Source: an uncultured Planctomycetaceae bacterium (GTDB lineage Bacteria; Planctomycetota; Planctomycetia; Planctomycetales; Planctomycetaceae). From it: 64,000 nt of DNA. Below the pieces are notes generated by a model. That model was not told the origin of the DNA. It did no database searches and was given only the letters and a program-made list of their open reading frames with translations. Positions 63,039 through 64,000 of the stretch are shown here, in pieces. The stretch lies in assembly GCA_963815195.1 (NCBI GenBank), contig CAWFGE010000013.1, forward strand, positions 992,001-1,056,000, written 5' to 3'. The stretch's first letter is position 1, and each line of letters starts with the position of its first letter. A program made the position numbers and the translations under genes.

Positions 63039-64000
63039 AGACATCTGAGGTTTTTTCAAGTGGGTTTCAGGTGGTTTCTGTTGTTGTTTCCAATAAATTC
63101 CAGACGGGGCTGTTTCTGATTGTGAGTTGTTCCTGGTACTTCATTTCCGAGTAAGGGGTGCCGGTTTGCCACATCCGAAAGATGATGCGAATCCATTTGA
63201 AGGCCAAGGCGCGGACCGCGGCGTGGTGGCTCATGCCGGCCGCGCGTTTCATTTGATAGAACGCTCGGGACCAATCGCTCCAGCGGCGGGCCTGGTCGGC
63301 GAACTCGTGGAATGTCTGCCGGAGAAATTTGGGGCAGGCGATTCGCGACAACACGAGCCGGGTCTTCCCGCTTTGCTTGGTGATCGGGGCGATGCCGCTT
63401 TTGGATTGCACGTCCCCGGCGTCTTGGTAGCGGTCCCGGTCGGAGCCCGCTTAAGATCGCCCAAGCTCGGCCAGCGGCGAAGCACGGCGAGCAACAGGGG
63501 TTGGCGACTCTTGCCGGCACACCATTCGAGCAGTTGCGGAAAATACAGCTTGAGCGTGCCTTCGAGCTTCTGCACAAGGGTTTTGCGGTCATCGACCAGC
63601 TTGCGGCGAAGTTCGGACAACTCGGCCAGGCGGCGGGTTTCGGGATCGTCCGCCACGAACGGGAGGAGTTGCTCCTGATGGTTTTGCAGAAAGCGGGCCA
63701 AGAGTGCGCATCGTCTGGATCGGATTTCGCTCCCGAAGGATGAATCGCGTCCCGATAGCGGGCCAGCTGCTTGGGATTGATGGGATACAGTTCGAGTTCC
63801 AGGTCGGCGAAACGGCGGAGCGCGTTCATCAGCGCGCCGCGGCTTTGCTCCAACGCGATCCGAATCGGGCGACCGGGGAATTGCTTCCGCAGGCCGGCGA
63901 GCCAGTCGGCAATCGCTTCGGGCGTGTGTTCGAGTTGCCGGTGTTCGGTTCCGCCGTCGGGAAGCAGCCGGCAGACGGCATGTTCGCGGTCGGCCCAATC
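63039..64000 (-). mobile_element. IS110 family element, transposase pseudogene (stop at 63067; internal deletion ~63445; frameshift ~63708; 5' end outside the window)
   Basis: RuvC-like DEDD: DWADREH, LEQSRG, PINP, KSDPDDA; C-term SGIAPITKQSGK, A.RALAFKW.RI; the PGxG-containing middle segment is absent. Confidence 0.9.

Overview
GC-rich chromosomal segment, almost certainly from a Planctomycetota (Planctomycetaceae-like) genome. Evidence: a DUF1553/DUF1549-cytochrome c + DUF1501 pair, a BlaI + large M56 fusion, HpnC/HpnD, HEAT/PQQ proteins, a sulfatase and planctomycete-type palindromic repeats. It holds about 48 genes. These include central metabolism (gap, rpe, accD, ppdK, sdhCAB, gcvT, ispG, PNP), tRNA modification (queE, Sua5), squalene synthesis (hpnC/D), a minimal Flp/Tad cluster, AlgI/AlgJ-type O-acetylation genes and two membrane-signalling regulator pairs. 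About a dozen genes, including gap, sdhB and uvrD, carry 1-2 nt frameshifts that look like consensus or long-read errors. I recognised no rRNA, tRNA or CRISPR array. The most interesting signals are: (1) an IS110 element whose end joins, at a CT dinucleotide, the right half of a palindromic repeat whose intact copy is at ~54.5 kb, which suggests repeat-targeted insertion; (2) accD flanked by a His-less histidine-phosphatase homologue and a sensor-less Hanks kinase with a Tyr-kinase-like catalytic loop (HRDICPRN); (3) a cassette-exchange hotspot between a truncated radical SAM gene and the ppdK terminator; (4) a dense set of non-coding elements: a ~170-bp MITE-like family (3 copies), inverted heptamer arrays enclosing palindromes (2 loci) and a triplicated ~105-bp unit with a Y-shaped palindrome. 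All family calls come from motifs I recognised by eye; no searches were run.
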